Assembly (NCBI GenBank): GCA_028277885.1
Contig: JANQFK010000062.1
Location: forward strand, 16,685-80,684
From: Myxococcota bacterium
Lineage (GTDB): Bacteria > Myxococcota_A > UBA9160 > UBA6930
Direction: 5' to 3'
Length of the DNA: 64,000 nt
The position numbers were made by a program, and so were the translations under genes. Numbering within the stretch: the stretch's first letter is position 1; each line of letters starts with the position of its first letter. Under the pieces are notes generated by a model. The model searched no databases, was not told where the DNA came from, and saw only the letters and a program-made list of their open reading frames with translations. Positions 39,381 to 49,227 of the stretch are shown piece after piece.

Positions 39381-41497
39381 CCCTCGTCTCCCCCGCCCTC
39401 GAAGCGCAGCTGGAGCGGCCCGCCCCCCACCGCCACGACGCTGCCCGGCGCCGGCTGCTGGGCCACGGCGCGCCCGCGTCCCACCATCTCGACCTCGAGG
39501 GCGTGCTCGCGGGTGATGCGAGCCACCTCGGCGGGACGCAGGCCCCGGAAGTCCGGCAGCAGCAGCCGGTCGCCGAGGCGCACGATCTCCACGCTGCGGT
39601 CCACGGGCTCCGGCGCGGGCGGCTCGACTCGCTCGGGCGCGGGCGGCGCCGGCGCCTCCGCGCTCGGCCTCGCCCGGGGATCGGGCTTCGCGTTCGGCGC
39701 CGGCTGCGCCTGCGCGGTGCGCTCGGGCTCGGGGCTCGCCGCGGGCTCGGGCCGGGCCGGGGGCTCCGCCGCCTCGGCCACGCGCACCGGGCGCAGCGGG
39801 GGAAGGGTCGGCGCCGTGGCGATGCCGAGACGCGCGAGCTGGGCTGCTGCCACCCGGGCGAAGACCGGTGCCGCCACCGCTCCCCCCGTATGCACCCCAC
39901 CCTGGGGCTCGTCGATCACGACCACGATGGCGAGGCGCGGGTCGTCCGCCGGGACCACCCCGGCGAACCAGGCAAGGTAGCGCTCCGTCGAGTACGCCCC
40001 CGTCCCGGGGTCGAGCTTCTGGGCGGTCCCGGTCTTGCCCGCGACGCGCACGCCGCGCAGCGCGGCGCGCCGCCCGGTGCCCTCGGGCCCCGCCGCCTCC
40101 TCGAGCATGGCGAGGACCGTGCGCGCGACCTCGGGAGCCACCGCGGCCCGGGGCGCCGCGGCGACGACGGGCTGCCAGTCGCCGTCGGCCGTGCGGCGCT
40201 CCGAGACGAGGCGCGGGGTGCGCAGGCGTCCCTCGTCGGCGAGGGCCGCGAAGGCGGCCGCCATCTGGAGCGGCGTCACGCCCAGGCCCTGGCCGAAGGC
40301 CACGTTGGCGTGGTCGATGGGTCGCCAGCGCTTCGCCGGCCGCAGCAGGCCGGCCGACTCCTCGGGAAAGCCGCTGCCCGTGGGCGATCCGAAGCCGAAG
40401 CGGCGCAGCGCCGCGTGGTGGGCCTCGGCGCCGAGCCGGAAGCCGATCTTCGCCGCGGCCACGTTGCTCGACTCGCGCAGCACGCCGGTCACGTCGAGCC
40501 GATCCTCGGGGTGCAGGTCGCGGACCGAGCGCCCCCCCACGCGCAGGATCCCCTCCTCGCAGTCGATCACCTCGGACGCGTCCAGCACGCCGGCCTCCAG
40601 CGCGCTCGCGACCAGCACGGGCTTCAGGGTCGAGCCGGGCTCGACGGCGTCGAGCAGGGTCCGCGAGCGCGTCTCCCGGTAGGGAACCCGCCGGAAGTCG
40701 TTCGGGTCGAAGCCGGGGCGCTCGGCGAGGGCCAGGATCTCGCCGCTGCGCGGGTCGAGGGAGACCACGCTGCCGCCGAGGGCGCCGGTCGCCTCCACGG
40801 CCTCGGCGAGCAGGCGCTCGGCGTCGCCCTGGAAGGCGGCGTCCAGGGTGAGGGTGATCTCGCCGCCGGCGGCGCGCCGCGGGTCGGCGCCGTTCTGGAT
40901 GAGCAGGCGACGGTGCGCGTCGCGCTCGGCGGCGAGGCGCTGGGCGCGACCCCGCAGCCAGCCGTCCTCCTGCTGCTCGATGCCCCGGACGCCGGTGCCG
41001 TCGATGTTGGAGAAGCCGAGCACCGGGCCGGCCACGGAGCCCAGGGGATAGGCGCGGCGCGGCTCCTCCACGACTCCCACCCCGGCCAGCCCGAGGGCGC
41101 GCACCGCCTCGGCGCGCTCCTGGTCGACCCAGCGCGCGAGGTAGACGAAGGCGGAGCGGCGGGAGAGGCGCGCCTCGAGGCGAGCGGCGGGAACCTCCAG
41201 CACGCCGGCGAGGGCGCGGGCCGCGGCGCGGGCGTCGGCGACCTGGAGCGGCGCCGCGTAGACCGAGGGAGCCGGCACGCTCAGCGCGAGCGGCCGGCGG
41301 TTGCGGTCCAGGATGGAGCCGCGCGCGGCGGTCATGCGCCGCACCGCGACGATCTGGTCCTCGCCCTGGTCGGCGCCGCGCCGGTCCATCAGGGTGAGCT
41401 GGGCGGCGCGGCCCGCCAGCACCACGAACACGAGCCCGAGCGCCCAGGCGGCGACGCGCACGCGGCGCGCGACGCTGGCGCGCTCGGGCGACCTCAC
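39377..41497 (-). CDS. ftsI: Penicillin-binding protein FtsI/PBP3 with a C-terminal PASTA domain
   Basis: RGSILDRN, EPGSTLK (SxxK), SSN, KTGTAQK; Pro-rich linker then LPDFRGL. Confidence 0.95.
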   Translation of the reverse strand: MRSPERASVARRVRVAAWALGLVFVVLAGRAAQLTLMDRRGADQGEDQIVAVRRMTAARGSILDRNRRPLALSVPAPSVYAAPLQVADARAAARALAGVLEVPAARLEARLSRRSAFVYLARWVDQERAEAVRALGLAGVGVVEEPRRAYPLGSVAGPVLGFSNIDGTGVRGIEQQEDGWLRGRAQRLAAERDAHRRLLIQNGADPRRAAGGEITLTLDAAFQGDAERLLAEAVEATGALGGSVVSLDPRSGEILALAERPGFDPNDFRRVPYRETRSRTLLDAVEPGSTLKPVLVASALEAGVLDASEVIDCEEGILRVGGRSVRDLHPEDRLDVTGVLRESSNVAAAKIGFRLGAEAHHAALRRFGFGSPTGSGFPEESAGLLRPAKRWRPIDHANVAFGQGLGVTPLQMAAAFAALADEGRLRTPRLVSERRTADGDWQPVVAAAPRAAVAPEVARTVLAMLEEAAGPEGTGRRAALRGVRVAGKTGTAQKLDPGTGAYSTERYLAWFAGVVPADDPRLAIVVVIDEPQGGVHTGGAVAAPVFARVAAAQLARLGIATAPTLPPLRPVRVAEAAEPPARPEPAASPEPERTAQAQPAPNAKPDPRARPSAEAPAPPAPERVEPPAPEPVDRSVEIVRLGDRLLLPDFRGLRPAEVARITREHALEVEMVGRGRAVAQQPAPGSVVAVGGGPLQLRFEGGGDEG

Positions 41498-41835
41498 GGT
41501 CGGTCCTCGCCCGGGGGCGCCGCGGGCGCCCCGTCACCGGTCGTGCCGGGATCGAGCCGGATCACGCGCTCGGGGAGCGCGAAGCCGCGCTCCTCGGCCA
41601 GGGCGCGCAGGCGCAGCGGGTCGCGCAGCCGCGCCACCTCGACCTCCAGGGCGCGGCGGCGCTCGAGGAGGGCCTCCTCCTCGGAGAGCGCCTCGCCGAG
41701 CGCGTAGCGCAGTCGGAAGATCTCGAGCCGCATCGACGACAGCACCAGCGCCGCCGCCAGCGCGACGCCCAGGGCCACCGCCAGGGGGCGGCGCCGCGGG
41801 GCCGGCGCCCGGCGCTCCTCGCCGCGCCGGCTCAC
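41494..41835 (-). CDS. ftsL: Cell division protein FtsL
   Basis: TM + coiled coil, LEVEVARLRDPLRL..A..GF..P; lies between rsmH and ftsI. Confidence 0.8.
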   Translation of the reverse strand: MSRRGEERRAPAPRRRPLAVALGVALAAALVLSSMRLEIFRLRYALGEALSEEEALLERRRALEVEVARLRDPLRLRALAEERGFALPERVIRLDPGTTGDGAPAAPPGEDRP

Positions 41836-42785
41836 GAGGCCAGCCGCTCCGCGGCGCGCAGCCGCGCCGAGCGCGCCCGGGGATTGCGCGCCACCTCCTC
41901 GGGGCTCGGCACGATGGGCCGCTTCGTCACGCGGCGCAGGGTCGGGACCTGGCCGCAGCGGCACTCGGGCAGGCCCGGCGGGCACACGCAGCCGCGCTCG
42001 CGGTCGCGGAAGCACTGCTTCACGCGTCGGTCCTCGAGGGAGTGGTAGGCGAGCACGACCAGGCGCCCGCCCGGCGCCAGCCGGCTCACCGCCGCCTCGA
42101 GGCCCTCCTCGAGGGCGGCGAGCTCGTCGTTCACCGCGATGCGCAGGGCCTGGAAGACCCGCGTCGCCGGATGGTGGCGCCGGCCGCGCCCGACCCCGGT
42201 CTCCTCGACCAGCGCGACCAGGTCCGCGGCGGTGCGCAGGGGCCGCTCCTCGCGCGCCGCCACGATGGCGGCCGCCAGGCGCCGAGCTCCCGGCAGCTCC
42301 CCGTAGCGGCGCAGCCAGTCGGCGAGCTCCGCCTCGGACGCCGTCGCGAGCCGCTCCGCGGCGTCGCGCTCGAGGCCGGGGTCCATGCGCATGTCGAGGG
42401 GCGTCTCCCGGGCCGTGTCCGCGGCGAAGCGGAAGCCGCGCTCCGCCGCGTCGAGCTGGAGCGAGGAGACGCCGAGGTCGAGCAGCACCCCGTCGACCCG
42501 CTCGATGCCGAGCTCGTCGAGCACGCGGTCGAGTCGCCGGAAGGAGGAGGGCACCAGGGTCACGCGTTCTCCGAAGCTCGCGAGCCGCTCCCCCGCTCGC
42601 TCGAGGGCGGCGGGGTCCACGTCCAGTCCGATCAGGAGCCCGTCGGGCGCCGTCGCGCGCAGGATCGCCTCGGCGTGGCCGCCGAGACCGACGGTGCCGT
42701 CCACCACCCGGGCGCCGGGACGCAGGGCCAGGAGCCGAGTCGCGTCGTCGAGAAGGACCGGCTCGTGGCTCGATCGGGTCACCAT
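41832..42785 (-). CDS. rsmH: 16S rRNA m4C1402 methyltransferase
   Basis: HEPVLL, DGTVGLGGH, DLGVSSLQLD, PLDMRMD, FQALRIAVN, HSLEDR, NPRARSA. Confidence 0.97.
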   Translation of the reverse strand: MVTRSSHEPVLLDDATRLLALRPGARVVDGTVGLGGHAEAILRATAPDGLLIGLDVDPAALERAGERLASFGERVTLVPSSFRRLDRVLDELGIERVDGVLLDLGVSSLQLDAAERGFRFAADTARETPLDMRMDPGLERDAAERLATASEAELADWLRRYGELPGARRLAAAIVAAREERPLRTAADLVALVEETGVGRGRRHHPATRVFQALRIAVNDELAALEEGLEAAVSRLAPGGRLVVLAYHSLEDRRVKQCFRDRERGCVCPPGLPECRCGQVPTLRRVTKRPIVPSPEEVARNPRARSARLRAAERLAS

Positions 42786-42972
42786 GGCCGGGAAGGGGAG
42801 GCGAGGGCGGGAAGGGACCGATCGGAGGAGATCGGGGTGCTCCGGAGCGCCGCGCGGGCGAATCGACAACCGCCCCCCAACAGTCGCCGCGCCGCCACTG
42901 CGGGCGCTCCGGAGACACCCCATCCTCTCACCCGGAGGTCATCATGCCTCCGGCCCCCCATCTCATGAACGC

Positions 42973-43419
42973 CTACAACCCTGCTTCCGCCGCGACGGAG
43001 GCGATCTCGTGCGCCTGGTTCCGCAGGCGCTCCATCTCGCCGTCGAAGCGGGCCTTGTCCCAGATCTCGATCCGCGAGCCGACGCCCGCGATGGTGATCT
43101 CCCGCTCGAGCCCACCGTGCTCGCGCAGGTGCGGCGGGATCAGGATGCGTCCCTGGCCGTCCAGGCCGCACTCCTCCGCGCCGGAGACCAGCATGCGTCG
43201 CACGGCCTGGACCTCGGGCTTCATGTTCGACATTCTCGCCAGCGCGGCCTCGACCTCGAGCCAGTGCGCGTTGGAGTAGAGGCCGAGGGCGCGGCAATCG
43301 ACCAGGGCCGCGAGCACCGGCGGCGCGTCGCCGTCGGCCTGGAGCTCGGTCCTGAATCCCGCGGGGATACTCACTCGACCCTTCGCATCCATCGTGTGGT
43401 GAAAACGCCCACGTGCCAT
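42973..43419 (-). CDS. mraZ: Division/cell wall cluster transcriptional repressor MraZ
   Basis: Two DxxGR motifs (DAKGRV, DGQGRI), RIEIWD. Confidence 0.96.
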   Translation of the reverse strand: MARGRFHHTMDAKGRVSIPAGFRTELQADGDAPPVLAALVDCRALGLYSNAHWLEVEAALARMSNMKPEVQAVRRMLVSGAEECGLDGQGRILIPPHLREHGGLEREITIAGVGSRIEIWDKARFDGEMERLRNQAHEIASVAAEAGL

Positions 43420-43492
43420 CGGCGGCTGGTCTCACTCGATTCGACGGTGGGACGGGACTCGGTGCCCTTGGTGCCCTCTCTGGGGCCGGTTT

Positions 43493-43517
43493 GACACTGC
43501 ATCCCACTCATCCCCAC
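43493..43517 (-). promoter_or_regulatory. MraZ-binding GTGGG-type direct repeats
   Basis: Minus strand GTGGGG-ATGA-GTGGGA-TGCA-GTGTC with 10-nt periodicity, just downstream of the promoter. Confidence 0.7.
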
Positions 43518-43527
43518 CTCGTGCCCT

Positions 43528-43556
43528 GGTATACCCCCGGCCGTTCGCAATTGCAA
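43528..43556 (-). promoter_or_regulatory. Sigma70-type dcw/mraZ promoter
   Basis: TTGCAA-17 nt-TATACC on the minus strand, with an upstream A-tract (43583-43590). Confidence 0.6.
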
Positions 43557-43682
43557 CAGCCAAATCTACGAAAAGTTTGATCTTTTTTTTGGACCGCGAG
43601 ACCCCAACATGTGGGGGTCTGCGGGGGGCTGACGCACCAGATGGGGAGGTGGAGCCCGGGAGGGCCCGGGCGGGTCGGTCCG

Positions 43683-44741
43683 TCAGGCGGCGCCGAGATC
43701 CGGCACGCGGGCGCCGTGGACCGCGGCCGCGGCCCCCACCACCTGGCGCAGGGTGCTCCCAGGCGGCGCCTCGACGGTGGGGGGAAGTGGGGGAAGCTCG
43801 GGCGCGAGCAGCACGCCGAGCAGCGCCTCGGTTCCCTCGGCCAGGCCGGAGAGCGCGTAGCCGCCCTCGAGCACGCATGCGAGCCGTCCTTCGCACAGCT
43901 CGTCGGCGAGGGCGCGCGTGAGCGTCGCGAGGGCGGCGAAGCCCGCGCCGCTCACCTGCATCGACGCGATGGGGTCGTCGCGGTGCGCGTCGAAGCCGCA
44001 GGACACCAGGATGATCTGCGGGCGGAACGCGCGGGCCACGGGCACCAGGACGCGCTGGAAGCAGCCCACGTACTCCGCGTCGCCGCAGCCCGCCGGCAGC
44101 GGGACGTTCACCGTCGCGCCCTCGCCCCTGCCGCGCCCCGCCTCGCCGGCGGCACCGGTGCCCGGGTAGAAGGGGTACTGGTGCGTGGAGAAGAACAGCA
44201 CCGACGGATCGCTCTCGAAGCTGTGCTGGGTGCCGTTGCCGTGGTGCACGTCCCAGTCGATCACCAGGATGCGCTCGACGCCCTCCTGCTCCTGGAGCGC
44301 GCGGGCCGCGATGGCGACGTTGTTGAACAGGCAGAAGCCCATGGGCCGCACGGCCTCGGCGTGGTGGCCCGGCGGTCGCACCGCCGCGAGGCCGGCGTGC
44401 AGCTCTCCGCGCGCCACGGCGCGCACCAGCTCCACGGCGCCCCCGGCGGCGAGCCGCGCCACCTCGAGGCTGCGCGGCGAGACGTAGGTGTCCGGGTCGA
44501 GGTGGGCCGGCGCCGCCGCCACCGCCTCCACCACGTGGGCCAGGTGGCCGTCGCCGTGCACGCGCAGGATCTCGTCGTCCTCGGCGGGCCGCGGCGGCAC
44601 GGCGGTGAGCGCGTCGCCGTGTCGCTCCACCACCGCGCCCACGGCGGCGAAGCGGTCGGGTCGCTCGGGGTGGCCCGGGGGGGACTCGTGGGCGAGGTAG
44701 CGCGGGTCTGCGACGACGCCCACGGAGCGCGTTACCTTCAT
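43683..44741 (-). CDS. Histone deacetylase-family protein (class II-like)
   Basis: HPERPDR, RPPGHHA, GFCLFNNVA, DWDVHHGNGTQ, GFDAH..DP, LEGGY. Confidence 0.93.
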   Translation of the reverse strand: MKVTRSVGVVADPRYLAHESPPGHPERPDRFAAVGAVVERHGDALTAVPPRPAEDDEILRVHGDGHLAHVVEAVAAAPAHLDPDTYVSPRSLEVARLAAGGAVELVRAVARGELHAGLAAVRPPGHHAEAVRPMGFCLFNNVAIAARALQEQEGVERILVIDWDVHHGNGTQHSFESDPSVLFFSTHQYPFYPGTGAAGEAGRGRGEGATVNVPLPAGCGDAEYVGCFQRVLVPVARAFRPQIILVSCGFDAHRDDPIASMQVSGAGFAALATLTRALADELCEGRLACVLEGGYALSGLAEGTEALLGVLLAPELPPLPPTVEAPPGSTLRQVVGAAAAVHGARVPDLGAA

Positions 44742-44811
44742 CGCCGCCGAGGGTATCCGACGAGCCGGAGGATTCCGAGCCGGCGGCTGCGGACGCTGGA
44801 TCCCGAGGGAG

Positions 44812-45786
44812 GTGGGGGCGTTGGCACCGCGCACCGTGGCGATCACCGGGCTCGCGACCTTCGTGGGCCGGCGGCTCACCGAGCGGCTGCGCGAGAGCCA
44901 CCCGAACCTCCAGCTCGTCGGCGTGGACCGCCGCAAGCCCTACTCCCTCGACCTCTCGGTCCGCTACCACGAGGTGGACCTCACCGATCCCACCGCGGAC
45001 TCGCGCCTGGCCGAGGCCTTCGAGAAGGAGGGCGTGGAGGCGGTGGTGCACGCCGCCTTCCGCCGCACCCCGACCCCGGACCTCGAGACCGACCACGAGC
45101 TCGAGACCATCGGCAGCCTGCACGTGCTGAACGCCTGCGCGGCGACGCGGGTGCGCCGCGTGGTCCTCGCCTCGACCTCGATGCTCTACGGGCCCTGGCC
45201 CGACAACCCGAACTTCCTGACCGAGGAGCACCCGCTGCGCGGCCACCCGCGCGCCCACTGCATCAACAACCGGGTCGAGGTGGAGGAGATCGTGGCGCGC
45301 TGGAGCGCGCGGCACCCCGAGGCCGAGGTGACCGTGCTGCGGCCCTGCTGGGTGATGGGGCCGCGCCACGTGGACTCGGTGGTGAGCTACTTCGAGCCCC
45401 CGGTGGTTCCGACGCTGCTCGGCTACGACCCGCTGCTCCAGTTCGTCCACGAGGAGGACTGCCTGCGCGTCTTCGAGCAGGCGGTGATGGAGAGCCATCC
45501 CGGCGTCTTCAACGTCGTGGGCCGCGGCGTGCTGCCGCTCTCCACGGTGCTGCGCACCGCGGGCAAGCGCGCGCTGCCCGTGCCCGCGGCGATCCTCTAC
45601 CGCCTGCGCGCCATCCCCTCCCAGGCCCAGACCGGCGACCCGCCCGAGGCCTTCTTCGACTACCTCCGCTACCTGTGGACCGCCGCCGGCGAGAAGGGCT
45701 GGGACGCCTTCGGCGAGCCGCTCTACTCCACCCGCGAGGCGTGGGCGTCCTTCGTGTCGTCGCGCCGCATGCGGCGCTACCGCTAG
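44812..45786 (+). CDS. NAD-dependent epimerase/dehydratase (atypical extended SDR)
   Basis: ITGLATFVG, STSMLYG..DNP..TEEHPL, LGYDPLLQFVHEED, GVFNV; no clear YxxxK. Confidence 0.8.
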   Translation: MGALAPRTVAITGLATFVGRRLTERLRESHPNLQLVGVDRRKPYSLDLSVRYHEVDLTDPTADSRLAEAFEKEGVEAVVHAAFRRTPTPDLETDHELETIGSLHVLNACAATRVRRVVLASTSMLYGPWPDNPNFLTEEHPLRGHPRAHCINNRVEVEEIVARWSARHPEAEVTVLRPCWVMGPRHVDSVVSYFEPPVVPTLLGYDPLLQFVHEEDCLRVFEQAVMESHPGVFNVVGRGVLPLSTVLRTAGKRALPVPAAILYRLRAIPSQAQTGDPPEAFFDYLRYLWTAAGEKGWDAFGEPLYSTREAWASFVSSRRMRRYR

Positions 45787-45806
45787 GTGGCGACGCGAGA
45801 GGACCC

Positions 45807-46802
45807 ATGAGCCGACCCCCCGAGCTCGAGCCCCGCGAGTCCGAAGCCGAGCCGCGCGAGGCCGACGTCCTGACCGAGGCCCTGGGCGAGCTGCGCCGCG
45901 CCATCCTCGCCCGGCTGCCCGGCGGCGCCGCGGCCCGGGCCGCGGCGGAGGACGCGAGCATCGACTGGTTCGCGTTGTTCGACGAGCTGCGCCATCGGCT
46001 GAACAGCTTCGGCATGGACGAGCGCACCGGCGAGGTGGACGAGTTCGGCATGGACGAGCTCGCCGTGCGCCGGGCCGAGCCGCTTCTCGAGTTCCTGCGG
46101 CGGCGCTACTGGCGCGTCGAGGTGACCGGGCTCGAGGAGGTCTCCTCCACGGGGCCGGTGCTGTTCGTCGCCAACCGCTCGGGGCTGCTGCCCTGGGACG
46201 GCCTGATGCTCTCGCACCTGGTGGCGGCCGCCCATCCCGAGGGCGCGCGACCGCGCTTCCTGGTGGCAGACTGGCTGATCACGCTGCCCTTCGTGCAGCC
46301 CTTCCTGGCGCGCCTCGGCGGCGTGCGCGCCTGCCGCGAGAACGCCGAGCGCCTGCTCGGCTCCGGCCACTCGGTGGTCGCCTTTCCGGAGGGCGCGAAG
46401 GGCGCCGCCAAGGTGTTCCGCGAGCGCTACCGCCTGCAGCGCTTCGGGCGCGGCGGCGTGGTGAGCCTCGCCATCGAGGCCGGCGTGCCCGTGGTGCCCG
46501 TCGCGGTGGTGGGCGCCGAGGAGGTGCACCCGATCCTGTTCAAGCTCGAGAGCGTGGCGCGGGGCTTCGGGCTGCCGTTCCTGCCCGTGACGCCCACCTT
46601 CCCGATGCTCGGGCCGCTCGGCGCCGTGCCCCTGCCGTCGCGCTGGTCGGTGCGCTTCGGCGCCCCCCTCGACGCCGGCGCCTTCGACCACGACGCCGCC
46701 CGGGACGAGCTGTTGATCTCGCGTCTCACCGAGGAGATCCGCCAGCAGATCCAGGCCATGCTCGACGTCGAGCTGCGCGCCCGGGAGTCGGTCTTCGCCT
46801 AG
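45807..46802 (+). CDS. PlsC-type (lyso)phospholipid/glycerol acyltransferase
   Basis: DEFGMD, VANRSGLLPWDG (His of NHxxxxD replaced by Arg), FPEG, PVAVVGAEE, PLPSRW. Confidence 0.8.
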   Translation: MSRPPELEPRESEAEPREADVLTEALGELRRAILARLPGGAAARAAAEDASIDWFALFDELRHRLNSFGMDERTGEVDEFGMDELAVRRAEPLLEFLRRRYWRVEVTGLEEVSSTGPVLFVANRSGLLPWDGLMLSHLVAAAHPEGARPRFLVADWLITLPFVQPFLARLGGVRACRENAERLLGSGHSVVAFPEGAKGAAKVFRERYRLQRFGRGGVVSLAIEAGVPVVPVAVVGAEEVHPILFKLESVARGFGLPFLPVTPTFPMLGPLGAVPLPSRWSVRFGAPLDAGAFDHDAARDELLISRLTEEIRQQIQAMLDVELRARESVFA

Positions 46803-46927
46803 GAGGCTGACCCGAGAGGGTCGGCCGACGACGCGAGAGATCCCGCGAAGCGGATCGCAGCCAGCTGAGCGAGCCCTTCGGGCTCGCTTTGCGGCGGAAG
46901 CCGACCCATCCTGGGTCGGCCGCCTAG
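46799..46927. repeat. CTAG-bounded REP/REPIN-like palindromic element, copy A
   Basis: 58-bp core 46864-46921 identical to 55421-55478; inverted CTAGG(A/C)GG..GACCC..GGGTCGGC termini. Confidence 0.85.
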
Positions 46928-47508
46928 GGCGCCTCGGGCGGTGGAGGCGAGAGCTCCGTCGCCAGGGGCTCGCTGCGGGGCTTGGAGCGGTCCTGCTCGA
47001 GGCGCTCCAGGGCCTTCGCGACGCGGTCGAGGCGCTCGTTCAGCGCCTCGACGTCGGCGCGCCGCGGCAGGTCGAGGACCTTGAAGACGCGCTCGAGGGT
47101 GCGCTGCACCAGGCGATCGAGGTCCGGCGGCGTGAAGGCGATCCAGTCGCCGCGCTCGCCGGCCTCGCGATCCCGGGGCCGCAGCACCCGGCGCAGGCGG
47201 CCCTGGATCTCCTCGATCCCGCCGCTGGCGTCGTCCACGCTGCGCCGCAGGGCGCTGTAGAGCGCGTCGCCGCCCTTCTGGAACAGGCCCGAGAGCAGGT
47301 TGCCCGGCACCTCGCGGTTGGCCCGCTCGGTGTCGACCAGGATCTGCGAGAGGGTGATGGACGTGATGTCCTCGCCCGTCTCGTTGTCGATCACGCGAAC
47401 CTCTTCGTCCTGCTCCAGCAGCTCGGCGATGCCCTTGAGGGTGATGTACCGGCTGGTCTGGGTGTTGTAGAGCTTGCGGTTCGCGTAGCGCTTGATGAGG
47501 ACCGCCAT
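46924..47508 (-). CDS. PhaR-like PHA synthesis regulator DNA-binding domain protein with a phasin-like C-terminus
   Basis: IKRYANRKLYNTQTSRYITL..VIDNETGEDITSITLSQI; C-terminal LDLPRRADVEALNERLDRVAKALE. Confidence 0.82.
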   Translation of the reverse strand: MAVLIKRYANRKLYNTQTSRYITLKGIAELLEQDEEVRVIDNETGEDITSITLSQILVDTERANREVPGNLLSGLFQKGGDALYSALRRSVDDASGGIEEIQGRLRRVLRPRDREAGERGDWIAFTPPDLDRLVQRTLERVFKVLDLPRRADVEALNERLDRVAKALERLEQDRSKPRSEPLATELSPPPPEAP

Positions 47509-47542
47509 GGGGGACACAGACTAGCGACCGTGCCGCGCTGCG

Positions 47543-48031
47543 TCATCCCTCGACGGAGACCCGCTGCAGCCGGGTCTTGCGGGGCTTTCGCCGCTCCACC
47601 GGTCGCTCGCCGGGGGTCGCGGTCGGGGCCGGTTGACGCGGTGCGCGCACGCCGAGCTCCCAGAGGATCTCGCGCAGGCCGAGGAAGGCGCGCAGCACGG
47701 CGCGGGCCTCCGGGTCCTCCTGGGCGCGCCGCTCCCAGCGCGCGATCTCGCCCTCGAGGGCGTCGAGCACGCCGGCCACCAGCTCCGCCCCCGAGGCGCC
47801 GGCGTCCTCGGCGAGCAGCCGCGCCACGGCCTCGAGGCCGCCGGCCAGGGGCGGCAGCGTCTCGGAGCCCGGCGTGCCCGTGGCGGCCAGGCTCGCGGCG
47901 TCGAGCAGCGCGCCGAGGGCGGCCGTGGCCTCGGCGCCCGCGGCGCGGGCGTGGCGGCGGGCCCGGGCCAGGGCCTCGGCGGGCGTCTCCGCCGCGCCTC
48001 CCGCGCGATCCCGGCGGTCACTCGGATCCAT
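47543..48031 (-). CDS. Hypothetical helical protein
   Basis: GC3-biased frame coupled to the upstream ArsA stop; ends RLQRVSVEG. Confidence 0.6.
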   Translation of the reverse strand: MDPSDRRDRAGGAAETPAEALARARRHARAAGAEATAALGALLDAASLAATGTPGSETLPPLAGGLEAVARLLAEDAGASGAELVAGVLDALEGEIARWERRAQEDPEARAVLRAFLGLREILWELGVRAPRQPAPTATPGERPVERRKPRKTRLQRVSVEG

Positions 48032-49227
48032 CAGGGGGTCTCCCGCTCGGCCTCGCCGAGCACCAGGGAAGCGACGTGGGCGAGCCCGTCCAGATCGTGC
48101 ACGTCGCGATCGAGCAGCGGAACGCAGCGCCAGAAGTAGCCCGAAGCCCGCGCGCGTTCACGCAGCGGAGCCACGTTCTCGGCGTCGCGCTCGACGAGGG
48201 CCGCGTAGCCGCGCAGCGCCGCGCGCGTGGCCTCGGCGGCGGCGCGCGCATCGAAGCCCGCGCCCTCGCTGAGCGCGAAGGCCTCGGCGAGCTTCTCGAG
48301 CGCCGCCGCGTCGGCTCCGTCGCCGGGCTCCAGCCCGGCGTCGGGCCACAGGTGCATGCGGTTCACCACGATGCCCGCCACCCCGGCGCGGCCCGACTCG
48401 AGCCGCTCGAGGAAGCTCTCGGCGTGGCGCACCGACTCGCGCGCGGGCCCGGCGGCCAGCAGGAAGGCGGTCTCGGGCCCGAAGAGCAGCGCCTGCACCC
48501 TGTGGGCGCGGTCGCGGAAGCCCTCGGACATGCCCTCGAAGGCGAGCAGGAACTCCGAGATGTCCTGGAGGAAGCCCACGCCCGACACCTTCTCGAGGGT
48601 GCGCAGGACGCGCTGGGCGCCACGCTGGAACAGCCGGAACCCCATGCGGCCGGCCGCGAAGGCGGGGTGCAGCAGCAGCTGCACGACGCGGCTGTCGAGG
48701 AAGCCGAGCAGCCGCTCCGGGGCCTCGAGGAAGTCGAGGGCGTGCTGCGAGGGCGGCGTGTCGAGCACGATCAGGTCGAAGTCCTTCTGCTCGGCCAGCT
48801 CGTAGACCTTCTCCATGGCGGAGTACTCGGCGCTCCCCGCCAGCGCGTCGGAGACGTGCTGGTAGATCGGGTTGCCCAGGATGCGGTCCCGGGCCTCGGG
48901 GCTCTCGGCGAAGCGCTCGACCAGGTCGTCGAAGGTGCGCTTCATGTCGAGCATCATGGCCGAGAGCTCGCCTTCGGGCGGCACGCCGAGGCGGTCGAGC
49001 ACGTCGCGGGGCAGGGTCTGGGGCTCGTTGCCGAGCTCGCGGATCCCGAGGGCGTCGGCGAGCCGCTTGGCGGGGTCGATGGTGAGCACGAGCACGCGGC
49101 GGCCGCGCCGCGCCGCCGACAGGCCCAGTGCGGCGGAGATCGTGGTCTTGCCGACGCCGCCGGTGCCCACGCACACCAGCACGCGGCGCGAGTCGAGGAG
49201 CACGTGGGGCGCGGGAGCCGGCGTCAC
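48031..49227 (-). CDS. ArsA/GET3-family ATPase (Rv3680-like subunit)
   Basis: CVGTGGVGKTT, TIDPAKRLADALG, EYSAMEK, DTPPSQHALDFL. Confidence 0.88.
   Translation of the reverse strand: MTPAPAPHVLLDSRRVLVCVGTGGVGKTTISAALGLSAARRGRRVLVLTIDPAKRLADALGIRELGNEPQTLPRDVLDRLGVPPEGELSAMMLDMKRTFDDLVERFAESPEARDRILGNPIYQHVSDALAGSAEYSAMEKVYELAEQKDFDLIVLDTPPSQHALDFLEAPERLLGFLDSRVVQLLLHPAFAAGRMGFRLFQRGAQRVLRTLEKVSGVGFLQDISEFLLAFEGMSEGFRDRAHRVQALLFGPETAFLLAAGPARESVRHAESFLERLESGRAGVAGIVVNRMHLWPDAGLEPGDGADAAALEKLAEAFALSEGAGFDARAAAEATRAALRGYAALVERDAENVAPLRERARASGYFWRCVPLLDRDVHDLDGLAHVASLVLGEAERETP

Noticed and set aside
43599..43620. Hairpin AGACCCCAACATGTGGGGGTCT next to a T-run as an intrinsic terminator
   Set aside because: The T-run lies 5' of the hairpin on the plus strand and reads as an A-run on the minus strand; it fits better as an UP-like element of the mraZ promoter
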